Shown one piece after another: positions 42,198-54,480 of a stretch of 64,000 nucleotides of DNA; positions within the stretch are counted from its first letter, which is position 1; the number at the start of each line of letters is the position of its first letter. Under the pieces are notes generated by a model, which was not told the DNA's origin, searched no databases, and saw only the letters and a list, made by a program, of their open reading frames with translations. The stretch covers positions 868,001 to 932,000 of the forward strand of contig OZ251237.1 of assembly GCA_965240325.2 (NCBI GenBank). Direction: 5' to 3'. This stretch comes from Rebecca billardiae RCC1528. Lineage: Eukaryota > Protista > Haptophyta. Both the position numbers and the translations under genes were made by a program.

Positions 42198-42778
42198 CCG
42201 CAACTGATTCGCGCGGGCGTGACACCGCTCTGTCGCCGCTGCTGGCGGCAATGACGCTTGAGTCACAGTGTGCGGCCTCAGGGATGGCGCGGTGCGGGTT
42301 ATTTCATAATCATATCATCAGAAGTTCAGGCCTAGCTTGCGGGGACATTTTCAAGCACGCAGCTCGGTACCGAGTCGTATTCGAATGCTCGGTACGGTAG
42401 TCGCGTATTAAATATATTATTTTATTATAATAATAAATGATTTACTGTGTGCAGTCTTATTATTTGTCGTCATCTACTAACCGGTAGCGGTGACCGACCC
42501 GGTACAGGCAGTTAGACTGAGGCTGTGAGACGCCGCTCTGGAGTAGCTACTGGTAACGTATTTAACGTTATAATAACGATATTGTTGATGTAGTTATATC
42601 GACATGGCATGCTGCATGTGTAGTGTCAGACGAGAGGCTCAATATCACGCGACGGTGCTGGATAATGGAAATGGCAGAAGTGAGTGCGGGCGGCGCGGAC
42701 GTGGTGCGGAAGAAGCGCTGATGACGAGCCGAGTGCTGCGTCACGCGACGTGGCTTCGCCTCGTCGGTGAGCAGCAGC

Positions 42779-44485
42779 CTAGCTGGCCGCAGCCGCTGCC
42801 TCGTCCTCGATGAAGTCCTCCATCGGAGGGCACGTGCACACGAGGTTGCGGTCGCCATACACGTCGTTCACGCGGCTCGTCGTCGGCCAGAACTTGGCGC
42901 CGCGCAGGTGGGGCAGCGGGTAAGCCGCCTGCTCGCGCGGGTACGGGTAGCTCCACTTGTCCGCCGAGATGACGTCCATCGGGTGCGGCGAGTTCTTGAG
43001 CACGTTGTTGTCCGCCGGGTACACGCCGTCCTGCACCTCCTGGATCTCCTTGCGGATCTGGATCAGCGCGTCGCAGTAGCGGTTGAGCTCGGCGAGGTCC
43101 TCAGACTCAGTGGGCTCAACCATGATAGTGCCCGCCACCGGCCTGCAGTCGAGGGGCGGGCGGGGGCGTGCGTGTGCCGCCGGGGGCGAGCATGCGTGAG
43201 CGCGTGCGCGTGCGCGTGCGCCGCGGGAGGTGCGCGGCACGTGCTCTCGCGCGGCCGGGCCCTCGCTCCCGTCCGTCGCCCCGAGGACGCCGGCGTGCCG
43301 CCGCGCCGCCCCGGCGCACGCGCGGGCGCGCCCGGAGCGCGCGCGCACCAAGACATGGTCGGCGCGTGGAAGCCGTAGTCAGCAAGGCGCTTGGCGATGT
43401 CGGACTCGCCGATGCCGCACTGCGCCTTGATGGTGCGGATGTCGAGGATGAACTCGTGCGCGCACAGACCGTTCGTGCCCGTGTACAGAACGTCGAAGTG
43501 GCCAGACAGGCTGCGCGCGCGCGCGCGCACGGCGCAGGGGCAGAGCGTGCAGTCGGGCGCAGGCGCACGCGCACTCGCGTGAGACGGTGAGTGAGCGGGG
43601 TACGCGCGGAGTCTCGGCGCGCGCGAGGGCGGCGCGCGCGCGCACCGCTTGGCCATGTAGTTGGCGTTCAGGATGGCCACCTCCGTCGCCTTCTTCAGGC
43701 CGGGCGCGCCCATCATGATGCAGTACATGTAGGAGATGGGCAGGATGGACGCCGAGCCCCACGGCGCCGCCGCGACCGCGCCGAAGCTCTGCTCCTTGCC
43801 GAGCCCGCGCGAGCCCTCCTTGACCATCGGGTTGCCCGGGAGGAAGGGGGCGAGGTGCTCCTGCACGCCGATCGGGCCGACGCCCGGGCCGCCGCCGCCG
43901 TGCGGGATGCAGAACGTCTTGTGCAGGTTGAGGTGGCACACGTCCGCGCCAAAGTCGCCGGGCCGGCACAGCCCGACCTGCGCGTTCATGTTGGCGCCGT
44001 CCATGTACACCTGGCCGCCGTTGTCGTGCACGATCTGGCAGATCTCCTTGATGCCCTCCTCGAAGACGCCGTGCGTCGACGGGTAGGTCACCATCAGCGA
44101 CGAGAGCTTGTCCTTGTGCTTGGTCGCCTTGGCGCGCAGGTCCTCGATGTCGATGTTGCCGTCGTCGTCGCAGCCGATCGGCACGACGCGGAGGCCCGAC
44201 ATCACCGCCGAGGCGGGGTTGGTGCCGTGCGCCGAGACGGGGATGATGCACACGTCGCGGTGGCCCTCGCCCTTCGACGTCTGGTACGCGCGGATCGCGC
44301 GCAGCCCCGAGTACTCGCCCATCGCGCCCGAGTTGGGCTGCAGCGAGACCGAGTCGAAGCCGGTGATCTCGGCGAGAATCATCTCAAAGTTCTTGAACAT
44401 CTCGAGGTAGCCCTTGGCCTGCGTGAGCGGCGCGTACGGGTGGATCGAGTTGATCTCGGGCCAGGTGATCGGGATCATCTCCGCC

Positions 44486-44529
<44 letters not shown>

Positions 44530-45703
44530 CGAGGTGAGCGAGAGGTCGCGGTTCTGCAGCTTGTGGATATACCTCAGCAGCTGGTGCTCCGCGCGGTGCA
44601 TCGAGAAGATGGGGTGGGTCATCGGCTCGTCCTTGCGCGCGAAGGGGGTGCCCGAGAGCAGGTCGCCGCCGCTCGGCATCTCGCCCGCCACGTCCCGCGC
44701 CGAGAACTTCGCCGCCGAGCCCTGGTTGAACGCCTTCCACACGCGCTCGATGTCCTCCGGAGTCGTCGTCTCGTCGCACGCGAGCGAGATGGCGCCGTCG
44801 TCGAGCTTGCGGAAGTTGAGGTGGTCGGCGTGGCCCGCGGCGATGATCGAGTCGGCGTTGGGCGCGGCCACGCGGATCGTGTCGAAGTGCACGCCCTCCG
44901 AGCCCACCTCGAAGCCGAGCTTCTGCAGGCCGGTCGCGAGCAGCGTCGCGCTCGCGTGCGTGCGCGCCGCGATCTCCTTCATGCCCTCCGGTCCGTGGTA
45001 GAGGGCGTACATGGCGGAGACGTTCGCGAGGAGCGCCTGCGCGGTGCACACGTTCGAGGTGGCCTTGTCGCGTCGGATGTGCTGCTCGCGCGTCTGCATC
45101 GTCAGCCGGTACGCCGGCTTCTCCTGCGCGTCGATCGAGACGCCGATGATGCGGCCAGGCATCTTGCGCGCGAACGACTGCGACGTGGCGAGGAAGCCGG
45201 CGTGCGGGCCGCCGTAGCCGAGGGGCACGCCGAAGCGCTGCGCCGAGCCGACCGCGATGTCCGCGCCGAACGACGCCGGCGACTCGAGCAGCATGAGCGA
45301 GAGCGGGTCCGCCGCCACCGCCGCCTTCGCGCCGACCTCCTTGGCTGACTTGACAAAGCCCGAGTAGTCAAGCACCGCGCCGTCGGTCGCGGGGTACTGC
45401 AGGAGGACGCCGCAGTAGTCCTTGTCGAGGGTGGTGGTGGCGTAGTCGCCGACGACGACCTCGACGCCGAAGCCCTCCGCGCGGCACTGCACCACGCTGA
45501 TCGTCTGCGGGTGCACGCGCTTGTCGACGAAGAACTTGCCGCGCTTGGTCGCAAGGCCGTGGCACATGGCCATCGCCTCCGCGGCGGCGGTGCCCTCGTC
45601 GAGCAGCGAGGCGTTGCACAGCTCGAGGCCGGTGAGGCCCGCGATGAGCGTCTGGAAGTTCATCAGCGACTCCAGCCGACCCTGCGCCACCTCCGGCTGG
45701 TAC

Positions 45704-45735
<32 letters not shown>

Positions 45736-46104
45736 AATCACGTTCCGCAGAATCACCGCCGGCGTGTGCGTGCCGTGGTAGCCCATGCCGATGAAGTTCT
45801 TCGCGACGATGTTCTTCGTCGCGAGCTCGCGCATGTGCGCCAGCGCCTCCATCTCGCCGCGCGGCCGCGTGAACTCGCCCATGTCGAGCGCGCGGTTGAG
45901 GCGGATGCCGGCCGGGACGGTCTTCTCGACGAGCTCCTCGAGCGACGACATGCCGATTGACTTCAGCATGCGCGTGATCTCGCCATCAGTCGGGCCGATA
46001 TGGCGCGGAATGAACTGGTCCTGCGCCGTGAACAGGTCCACCTTCGTGCCCAGCTGCCGCCGGCCGAAGGCGCGGAGCGCGACGCGCCGCGCGGCCAACA
46101 TCAT
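42779..46104 (-). CDS. GLDC: Glycine decarboxylase P protein, mitochondrial (3 exons)
   Basis: [38 protein letters not shown] and the PLP motif [18 protein letters not shown]. Introns 43645-43511 and 43348-43143. Confidence 0.97.
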
Positions 46105-46691
46105 CCCGCCCCCTAACTCCGGGCTCTGCGCCTTCGCGTATCCTTGATGCTCGCACGACTTCGCGCTTGATTACGTCAGCGCGGCCGGGCGGGCCGGACA
46201 ACAAACGGGCGAACGCGCGCGAGTGGGCGAAGAAAGCCTGCTGCGCGAAAGTTGCAACGACGACGCCACGCTGGGTGGCGCGATTCGCGAAGCGGCGAAA
46301 CTTGCCGATCTCGCCTTTGTGATCTGGGCTCGTGACTTATTGGATTCCGCGATAAGTCGTCCGATAACTCGCCGGCGCAACATGTTGTGAACAGGCAGTC
46401 GTCGCAACGGAAACCGTACCCGCCCATCCTAGATTCACTCCGGTGTTGCGACCCGTCCGGAGCCAGCTCTGTAGCTCGCCGAGACGGCACTCTCTCGTTC
46501 GGCCGCCAAGCCGCGAGGGGCGGGCGAACGCGCAGGGCCGACCTCGGACGACGGCGGCGCGCTCGGCCGCCTGCACGCGCGAAGCAGCGCGCACTCGACG
46601 GCGGGTGCGACCGCGAGCCGTACAGCTCGACGCTCGCCCGCCCGTCCCGTACAGGCCCTGCCGGTGCTCACGCTGCGAAGCCCCGCGCGAG

Positions 46692-47498
46692 ATGCCGCAC
46701 GTGCGGCACGCGCGAGGCCCCGATGGCACCAAAGGGTTCCATCCGGGCTGGCTGCAGGAGCGGCGGCTGCTGCGGTCTGTCCGCCGGCCTCCGCCGCCGC
46801 GTGCGAAGCCACCGCCGCCAATGCGCCCGACGGCGCCCCCAGCGTACGGGCACTCGCCGCTCGGCCCGCTGCACCCGCCCCTGCCGCCGCCGGTGAGCGC
46901 CGAGCCGGTTGACACGGGGGAGGTCTTTGTGCTCGAGGGCCTGAAGCCCGGAGCCGCGCACCGGCACTCGCCTCCGCCGCGCCGCGTGCCGCCAAGCGGC
47001 GGCAACCCCGCCTTCGAGGCGCTCGCCGCCGCGCAGCAGCAGCAGCAACACCACCACACGCTGCAGCAGCCCCACGTGCACGAAGCACCGCCCGGCCTGG
47101 GCGGCGCGGCGGACGCGGCCGCGTTGACCGCGCAGCTCCGCGCGATGTGCGGCATCGGCGGCGCGCACGCTTCGCACGCAGAGGCAGGCGCGCCGCCGCT
47201 GGCACACCCGACGTCATTCCCGCCGCCGCCGCCGCCCCCTTCCGAGGCGTTCCATGGGTGCTCGCATCACCACGAGCACCCGCCGTCGTGGTCTCACCAC
47301 CCGCCGCCGCAGTCGAGCCTGCCAATGCCCGCCTTGCTCGCGGCGCCACCGCACGGCCATGGGCCCCACGGGCCTGCCCCGCCGGACGGCGTGCACGAGG
47401 CGAACTCGCAGCAGCTCAAGCTGCTGCTGGGCATCGGCGGTGGCGGCATGGGCGGTGCTTTCGGCGCCATCAACGGTGGCGGCGGTGGCGGCTTGTGA
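46692..47498 (+). CDS. Pro/His-rich protein with a SUZ-C/LSA-like motif
   Basis: N-terminal RHARGPDGTKGF resembles the SUZ-C motif (PRGPDGxxGF); the rest is low complexity. The true start is uncertain. Confidence 0.45.
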   Translation: MPHVRHARGPDGTKGFHPGWLQERRLLRSVRRPPPPRAKPPPPMRPTAPPAYGHSPLGPLHPPLPPPVSAEPVDTGEVFVLEGLKPGAAHRHSPPPRRVPPSGGNPAFEALAAAQQQQQHHHTLQQPHVHEAPPGLGGAADAAALTAQLRAMCGIGGAHASHAEAGAPPLAHPTSFPPPPPPPSEAFHGCSHHHEHPPSWSHHPPPQSSLPMPALLAAPPHGHGPHGPAPPDGVHEANSQQLKLLLGIGGGGMGGAFGAINGGGGGGL

Positions 47499-47745
47499 TG
47501 ATGCGTTGGGGCCCCATTCTGAGCGGGTGGGCGCGTGGGCGCGACTCGGCGGGCGCGTGGGCGCGGCTCGGCGGCTGCACGCAGTGCTGCGGGCTGCGGC
47601 GTGGTCGGCGTCAGACTGACGCCGTTACCGAAGCATGGCGGCCGGGTCATTGTGTCACGCCGTGGGCTAGGTCGTCGCCGGGTCCGTGCCAGGGCGTGCG
47701 ATGTCCTGCGCGGCGTAGGCGCGAGGGCCGTGTTTCATTAATTCA

Positions 47746-47807
47746 TACAGTTTACTAAGAATAAGAGACGCACACAGCTCAGGCAGGCGAGATTGACGCC
47801 CGCCAAC
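47746..47807 (+). repeat. Short TACAGTTTA-capped element, subfamily A
   Basis: TACAGTTTACTAAGAATAAGAGACGCACACAGCTCAGGCAGGCGAGATT, identical to 59572-59620. Confidence 0.9.
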
Positions 47808-47986
47808 TGTCACCGCCCATGAAGCCGTCGCCGATGGTAGCGCCGCCTGTGCAGCCGCCGGGGCGGGCAGATTTGACGGCATCCGGACTCTAGCTCAGTT
47901 TAGTCGCTGCCCGAGTCCGGAATTGACCGCGAATAATTTCGGACAGGCCGACCCAAGCAATCCACACCGGTCCGCTCGCTGTCGTC

Positions 47987-48743
47987 ATGCTCACCCTCTC
48001 GCTTGCGCTCTGCGGCTTCAGCGCACCGGTGGCGCACCGTGCGTCGCCAGTGGCGCGCGCGGAGCCCGTCATGTCGGACCTCAAGTCCATGCCGGGCGCT
48101 TATGCGCTCGGTGGCACTTTCGATCCGCTCGGCTTCGCTGAGAAGGGCGATCTCGTGTGGCTCCGCGAAGCCGAGCTGAAGCACGGCCGCCTTGCGATGG
48201 TGCGTGACTGCGCCGCCCGCCGGTGACGCTTGGGCTGCACGGTGCCACCAATTGCATCTTTCGAGCGGTCGAGCGCGCGTCGTTCTGCCGCGCGCCCGTG
48301 GTGGAGGCTGACACACGCGCATCGCGGCACCACCCTCGCATGCGCCCGCACCGCTTCCCCCACGCACCGCTTCCCCCCGCACCGCTTCCCCCCAGCTCGC
48401 GGTGCCAGGCTTCATCGCCACGGACCTTGGCGTGCGCTTCCCGGCCCCGCAGTTCCAGGGCTTCGACGCCGTCGCCGCGCACGACGCCTGCGTGCAGAAC
48501 GGCTCGATGGGCTTCCTCGCCCTGGTGGTCGTCCTCATTGAGGTTCTGCACAGCGTGCTGCTCTTCCCGGCGATGCAGAAGGGGTGGGCTGGTCACGTGC
48601 CGGGCGACTTCCAGCTGGACCCGTTCAACATGGCGAGCGAGCAGATGACGACGAAGGAGCTGAAGAACGGCCGCCTTGCGATGCTCGCGTTCTCGGGCCT
48701 GATCACGCAGGCTGTGCTCCACCCGGGCTTCCCGTACTACTAA
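47987..48743 (+). CDS. Chlorophyll a/c light-harvesting protein (Lhcr-like), plastid-targeted
   Basis: [19 protein letters not shown]|[14 protein letters not shown] and [14 protein letters not shown]. Intron 48200-48395; short signal peptide followed by GF. Confidence 0.95.
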
Positions 48744-48956
48744 GCTCGGTAAACGCGGTAGAGTCCGGGGAGTAAGCTACGCTTCGCCTACTCCGAGAGA
48801 CTCAGGGCTCCGTGTTAGTGTTGCGCCGCATCGGCGGCGGCATATCAGTCTCAAGACATCAGCGCATGACAATAACGACTGTCTCACTGTCTGTTTAAAA
48901 ATAAAAATATGTTTCGTCACGATGTTATTATCGCGCGCGATTAGTTCGATCGTAGG

Positions 48957-50894
48957 TAGCCTGGTCCATCCCGATTTTCGCCAGTGAAAAAGCCTTTTCG
49001 GATTTTGGGCGCCTGATTTCTCCCGATTTCTCTCGTCGCTCGTCGCGCTCGTCAAAAATCGCCACCGGCCGTCCGACGGCTCGCCGCGACGAAGGTCGGC
49101 AAGGGGCTCGAGAGCCTCGACTGGACGACTGCGCCGCCTCATGTCAGGTGTAGTGCTGGACACATCGTTCGGGTGCCCCGGTGGTGTGCGTGCACACCTT
49201 GAGCGACATGTCTGCGTTGCTTCCGCCGCCCGCGGTCCGTCGCCAGGTCGACTTCTCGCCTGACGGCGCGCGTCGAACGCTCACCTGCTGGGTTGCGCGG
49301 CGCCTTCGAGACGGGCCACCTCGGGTAATATGCGGGCCACGCGACGGCTCGTGTGGGCCACCGCCTACCCCTAGCATGTACTCGATGCCACCACCAGCGT
49401 TGGGCGCGCTGCGCATCGCCAACGCTTCATCCGGCCAGTCCCGTCATGTTTGCGCATGGGTCGTCCTGAGCGGCGGCTGTTGATTTGTGCTCCTCGTGGG
49501 GCTGTATGACGGGCTGGTGGCGAGCAGGATGGCTCGCCTTGCGGGGCTGGGTGTGTACAGTCGCAGTGTAGTGGCTGCCGGCTGACTCCCATCGCCTGGG
49601 TGCTGCTTTACCGTCATGGCCTTTGCTGCGAGCACAAGGTCGAGGATCGTACGGCGGTCTGCGAGGCAGAGTCGACGGAGTCGTCGCTTGAAGATGGTTG
49701 AGAGCGCTCATACGTCTTCCTTGGTGTCGTGCGGCTACTCCAGCACGCAAGGCTCGCGCTCTGGCACGTGTTTGGTGTCCATGGGTGGCACATTGTGCCA
49801 TTCGGGTGGCTCGGAAGCACGTGCTCGGGTGTCTTTCCCGTTTACGCGCGGTGGGCCAAGTCACCACGCACGGCCAGAGCATGCCATGGCACGCAGAGGG
49901 TGCCCATGAACGATCCCCACCCCGGTGGTGGCCGTAGGCGCACTCGAAGCGGTCGCATCGTCACCCGCGGATCACATCAGTCCGCCGTTGAGGCTGTCGG
50001 GCGAGCAAAGACGTGCGATCTGACCCTTGGACGGGCAGCTAGAATCGCGATTATGCCTCATCTAAGGACGCACATGTCGTCGTTGTAGGCAGTACTGATG
50101 CCCCAAGTGAAAGGGCGGGCGTGGCACGCGACTTGACAGCTTGAATGACTCGATGCACGCCGCCATGGACACGCGATCCGGATCCATTGCGAACCTGCCG
50201 TGTGGCTCACGGCGGCGCGCGTTGTGCCGCAGATCGGCCAGTTGCCACGCAGGAGATGGTCTCCAGACCAGGTCCAGCACCTGACCGACTGCCGCACGCC
50301 TGGCCGGGTGGGAGTCCGGCCCTCTTCTTGTCTGCAGGAGTGCGCGGAAGGCCAGGCGGAGCCTCGTCCGACCACTGCACCCCGAGCGCCGCACTAATCG
50401 TGCAGCCTGGGACAGCTACCCACCTATGGCGAATATGTAACGACATAGTGGCATTTTGATTATACAGGTCCAGAACTCATACTTATGCGGGTACATTGCT
50501 CATAATATGCGGGTATAAATGGGTAATATAGTCGATATTGCAGTAGTTGAGTACGGCCACTTGCGCACAGACCACAGCCCATCCTAATGGCCTGTACCAG
50601 GGTTCATGCTCGCCTCGACGTACGCCAATAAGTAAGTTCGTGCGTTTGGGCTCATTTCGGCTAATTACTTACCCACATTCGGACTGACGATTCTCTATGT
50701 GTCCGTAGTTGTCCGCGGCGCGCGCGCGCACGCTCACGACGGGCCACGGATGCGATTTTTAGGCCGAAACTTTTGCTGCGCCCGGGCTGGGCCCATTTGT
50801 TACGCTGTTTCCGGGTGTGAGCGCGTGCCTAGGGGCCCGCGTTCATTTGGCGATAAAATCCCCGAAAGTGCTCCAGTGCGTTTGGACCAGGCTA
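48957..50894. mobile_element. Non-autonomous DNA transposon B: 12-bp TIR TAGCCTGGTCCA, 7-bp TSD TCGTAGG
   Basis: TIRs at 48957-48968 and 50883-50894; TCGTAGG at 48950-48956 and 50895-50901. Confidence 0.85.
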
Positions 50895-50897
50895 TCG

Positions 50898-52615
50898 TAG
50901 GGGGGCCAAAGTGGCACTGTGACGTGACTGACGGCTACGAGCGCTGGTCCTAGCGAGTGTTTAGCGCTGATTTCGGGCTGGATCATTTGCCCTCTGGAGG
51001 GGTCTGGGCCAGCCAAGTAAAAATATCAGGTGCACATACCCTGAATATAGGGCGTAACGGCTAGCATATTTACTTATTAGAATGAGCCTGAACTTATTGG
51101 AAACGGCATGTAACGGCCGTCTTATATGTGACATATAGACCATGTCGACCTCACTTTGATAGAGCATCTCAGCAAGATTGTTCTGAGTCCCCAGCAGCAG
51201 CAGGTCCCAACATGCGATATAGGCTGTGTACTGGCAGGCTGTCAAACACGTAGTTTCCCGGAAGCCACTGGTCGTTACATACCCACCGTGTATATAGCCG
51301 CCATGCTGATGAATACAGTCTCGTCGGATCTCGAGCTGCGAGATACGTTTTCAGACTGTGTATACGGCCATGCGTACGGCGTATTGCAGACATGATGGAC
51401 TCAAAGCACCGGCCCCATGTCCTCAGCCCGGGAGTACTCTCGCTCATAGTCAAGGTTTAAAGTCACTCGAGCCAACCGTCACCGCTCCCTGGCCGAGACC
51501 TACGAGGCAGGTCAAATCTGTCGTCGTCGCAGTGCGGCACAGTGCCGAGCATGCGATTCGGCAGCAAACGCCTGCTCCAGGTGGTGGCTGGCGTCTCTGC
51601 ACCAAACCAGGCTGCATAGGATCGGTCCATATAGGTACGCCCTACCCTGTTCCGCGCTATTTCTGGGCTTTGGGGCGGATATTCGGCCTACAGAGGCTGA
51701 TCCGGCGCGCTGTTTGGTGCTCCTGGCTGGCTGCGCGGGGCCCAACGGCAAGCGCCGGCGTGTGCAAGGTGTCAAGATTGCGACGGTCTCTGACGCTCCC
51801 GCCGGTCTTGGGCGCACCAGGGTGCATGGGGGCCCATCTGCATCTGCTTCTGCAGGCATGCGCGTCACAGGGGCGCGCTTGCAGGCACGGTCGAGTGCAC
51901 GTCGGACCTGTCGAATGAGCCATCCGCTGCCTGCGAGCACGTCCGCGACGTCCTGAGAGGCGAATGGGAGGCGCCCCGACGCCATCTGGGGGCACGTGTG
52001 ACCCATACCCAACGTGCTGACCATCGCAAGTGCCACGGCAGGTGCAAACACGGGCCCTACGAGCGGAACATGACAGTTGCGGGCTCCGTGGAGGTGTTGT
52101 GCGCGAGCTCGCGCCGGTCTGCTGACGGCGATTCCGGCCCAGCAGGGCAGGTTAGGCGAGCTGGGCATCCACGGATACACACGAACACTTGGGGCGAGTA
52201 TCGATCTCGCCGGGGCGAGTTGATCTTGAGCCACAAGGAGCGGTAGCGTGACGGGCGTACGCAGCGCGACAATGCAATCCGGCCGACGCGCGCCGCGCAC
52301 GGCGCGAGGTGGCCAAGAACCGGGTGGTGAGCCGCTGGTGGCGCAAAAGCAAGGGTCAGAAGCGCCCACCAGCGTCACGCGCGCGCGCGCCCGAGACCAT
52401 CTCGGCGTCTCATGGGACGCGAGCGCGCGGCGGTCCACTGCCTCCGGCCGCTCGTGCTCGAGCGAAACCGAGCTCTGAGCGCCCGAAGGCGTCGGAGCTC
52501 GATTTCGAGCGAGGTCCGAGAAAAAGGCTCCGCGCCACCCCAAAAGGCCGAGGGTGGAGCGAAAATGCGCCGCGGCTTTGATTTTCTTTTTCAAATGGGC
52601 GGTTTGGCCCCCCTA
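50898..52615. mobile_element. Non-autonomous DNA transposon A: 13-bp TIR TAGGGGGGCCAAA, 7-bp TSD TCGATCG (left TSD displaced by element B)
   Basis: TIRs at 50898-50910 and 52603-52615; TCGATCG at 48946-48952 and 52616-52622. Confidence 0.85.
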
Positions 52616-52744
52616 TCGATCGTCGCGACCTCGTCCGTGTCAAGAGTGACTCGTCTCGCGCAGAGACTGAGTCTCACATTGAGTGATTCAGTGCCGATTG
52701 ACGTCACCCGTCGGATGACGAGTCTGCGAGGACGATGATAAAAT

Positions 52745-52788
52745 ATATATATTAATATTAATATTAATATTAATATTAATAATATATA
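52745..52788. repeat. (ATATTA)n simple repeat
   Basis: Read directly from the sequence. Confidence 0.85.
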
Positions 52789-53071
52789 TGTATAATACTC
52801 TAGCTGGTCTCGCGCGGCGGCCGCATTCCCTCGGCCCGTCTACGACTACGGAGCCTACGCTGCCCCTACTACGCATTCCCGAATCCCGGCCCGGCCCCGG
52901 GGCCGGGCCGACCCGGGGCCCGGCGGGGGAGAATGGGGTCGGGCTAGCCTGGGGGGGCTGCAGCGGCCGCGCGAGACGTCGGGAAGAGCAGGCCAGGTGT
53001 GGTTGGCCTGCCGCGCGCGAAGCCTCGGGCTGCCTCGGGGCCGGCTCGGCCTCGAGCTGCATGCTGGATCA

Positions 53072-54334
53072 TCAATAAGGCACGTCAGCAAGGGCGACAA
53101 CGGCGGCGGCAGGCTCCGCGGTGTTCGTCACGCGCGCGCGCCCCACCTGCGAGCGCTCGAGCGGCCGGCCCTGCACGAGCAGCCCGGCGAGTGGGTCCTC
53201 CACGACGACGCACGCGAACGCGCCCGCGTCTGGTACGTCGACCTGGCGGAGGTGCGGCGCGTGGACCTCGACGGTCTGGTACACCTGGATCGCGCCGGGC
53301 ACCGTGTTGTACACGCAGAGCAGCACGGTGTCGCCCGCGCGGTCGAGCAGCACGTAGCACAGCGGCGTCTGTGCCTCTGGCACGAGCTCTGCCACGACCG
53401 CGCCGCGCAGGCACGCGGCCGCGTTGGCGCCCGCTCGCAGCTCGGCGATGGCGCGCAGCTCGGCGGGCGGCGGCGCGCGCAGCGCGCGCTCGAGCTGCTG
53501 CAGCCGCTTCTTGGGCAGGTGGCCGCGCGCCTGCACCGAGTCGGCGCACTTCTTGACGAAGCCGAGCAGCGCGCGCCGCTGCGCGTGAGCGCTCAGCTCG
53601 GGCGCGAGCTTGTGCGCCTCGGCGAACGCGTCGAGGCTCTCGGCGTACTCGAGCAGGTACTGCTGCACGATCGCCTTGTTGTAGTGCAGGTCCGCGCACC
53701 CCGCCTGCGGCCGCGTCGGCGCGTGCGCCGCGCGGCGGTACGCCTTGAGCGCCGAGTGCAGCGGGTCCAGCCGCCGCTCGTGCGAGGGCACAAAGTACGA
53801 GCTGAGGTACGCGTTGCCCAGGACGTACCACGCGCGGCCGCAGGAGACGTCGAGGGCGACGGCCTCCTTCGCCAGCCGCAGGGACTCGAGCACCAGCGTC
53901 GCGTCCGCCCGGTTGCCCATCGTGCGCAGCAGCATCGACAGCTGGCAGAGGGAGTCTGCGTTGCGCTCGCGAGCGAGCGCCTCGAGGTAGCACGTGCGCG
54001 CGAGCTCGAGCCGCCCCCCCTTCCACAGGCACTCGGCGAGCGTGTTCCACGCGTCGATATTTGCCGGGTCGAGCTTCACCGCGCGCGTGAGCAGCGCCTC
54101 CGACTCGGCCGAGTAGCTCGGGCTCGCGTCCAGCACCTTGCCGCGCAGGTACCACAGGCGCGCGCGCTCGGCCGAGCGCTCGATCTCGGGCTCGAGATCG
54201 TCGAGGAGGGCGCGAGCGCGCTTCGCGTGCGCCTCGAGTGTCGCGCGGTCCTCCGCGGAGTACGAGTCGTGCAGCGCGTACGCGGCGAAGACTTCCGCCT
54301 GGGCTGCGCGCCAGCGCTCATCCCCAACCGCCAT
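53072..54334 (-). CDS. TTC5: Tetratricopeptide repeat protein 5 (TPRs + C-terminal OB-like domain)
   Basis: YLRGKVLD...EALLTRAVKLDP...AWNTLAECLWK, SLCQLSMLLR, AKEAVALD...WYVLGNAYL, DLHYNKA and the C-terminal beta domain LLCVYN. Confidence 0.88.
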   Translation of the reverse strand: MAVGDERWRAAQAEVFAAYALHDSYSAEDRATLEAHAKRARALLDDLEPEIERSAERARLWYLRGKVLDASPSYSAESEALLTRAVKLDPANIDAWNTLAECLWKGGRLELARTCYLEALARERNADSLCQLSMLLRTMGNRADATLVLESLRLAKEAVALDVSCGRAWYVLGNAYLSSYFVPSHERRLDPLHSALKAYRRAAHAPTRPQAGCADLHYNKAIVQQYLLEYAESLDAFAEAHKLAPELSAHAQRRALLGFVKKCADSVQARGHLPKKRLQQLERALRAPPPAELRAIAELRAGANAAACLRGAVVAELVPEAQTPLCYVLLDRAGDTVLLCVYNTVPGAIQVYQTVEVHAPHLRQVDVPDAGAFACVVVEDPLAGLLVQGRPLERSQVGRARVTNTAEPAAAVVALADVPY

Positions 54335-54480
54335 CTTGTGCCGTTCCGGGCGGGCAAGCGGACAACCGCCTTGGGGCGAATGAATAAAAGTGTGCGGCCG
54401 CCGCAGCCGCGGTAAACCCTCGCGCGTGCGCGCCATCGTGGTCGTGCGGTGGACAAGTCCACGGCCAGCAAAGCGGCAGG

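Noticed and set aside
41272-46104. SAM carrier adjacent to glycine decarboxylase P as a one-carbon cluster
   Set aside because: The genes are convergent, there are only two, and they share no promoter; likely coincidence.
52540-52552. CTCGGCCTTTTGG on the minus strand, matching the U2 snRNA 5' end
   Set aside because: The match does not continue into CTAAGATCAAGTGTAGTA, and it lies inside transposon A.
52807-52977. 12-bp inverted repeat around GC palindromes
   Set aside because: GC-rich match, no TSD and no second copy, so it is plausible by chance.
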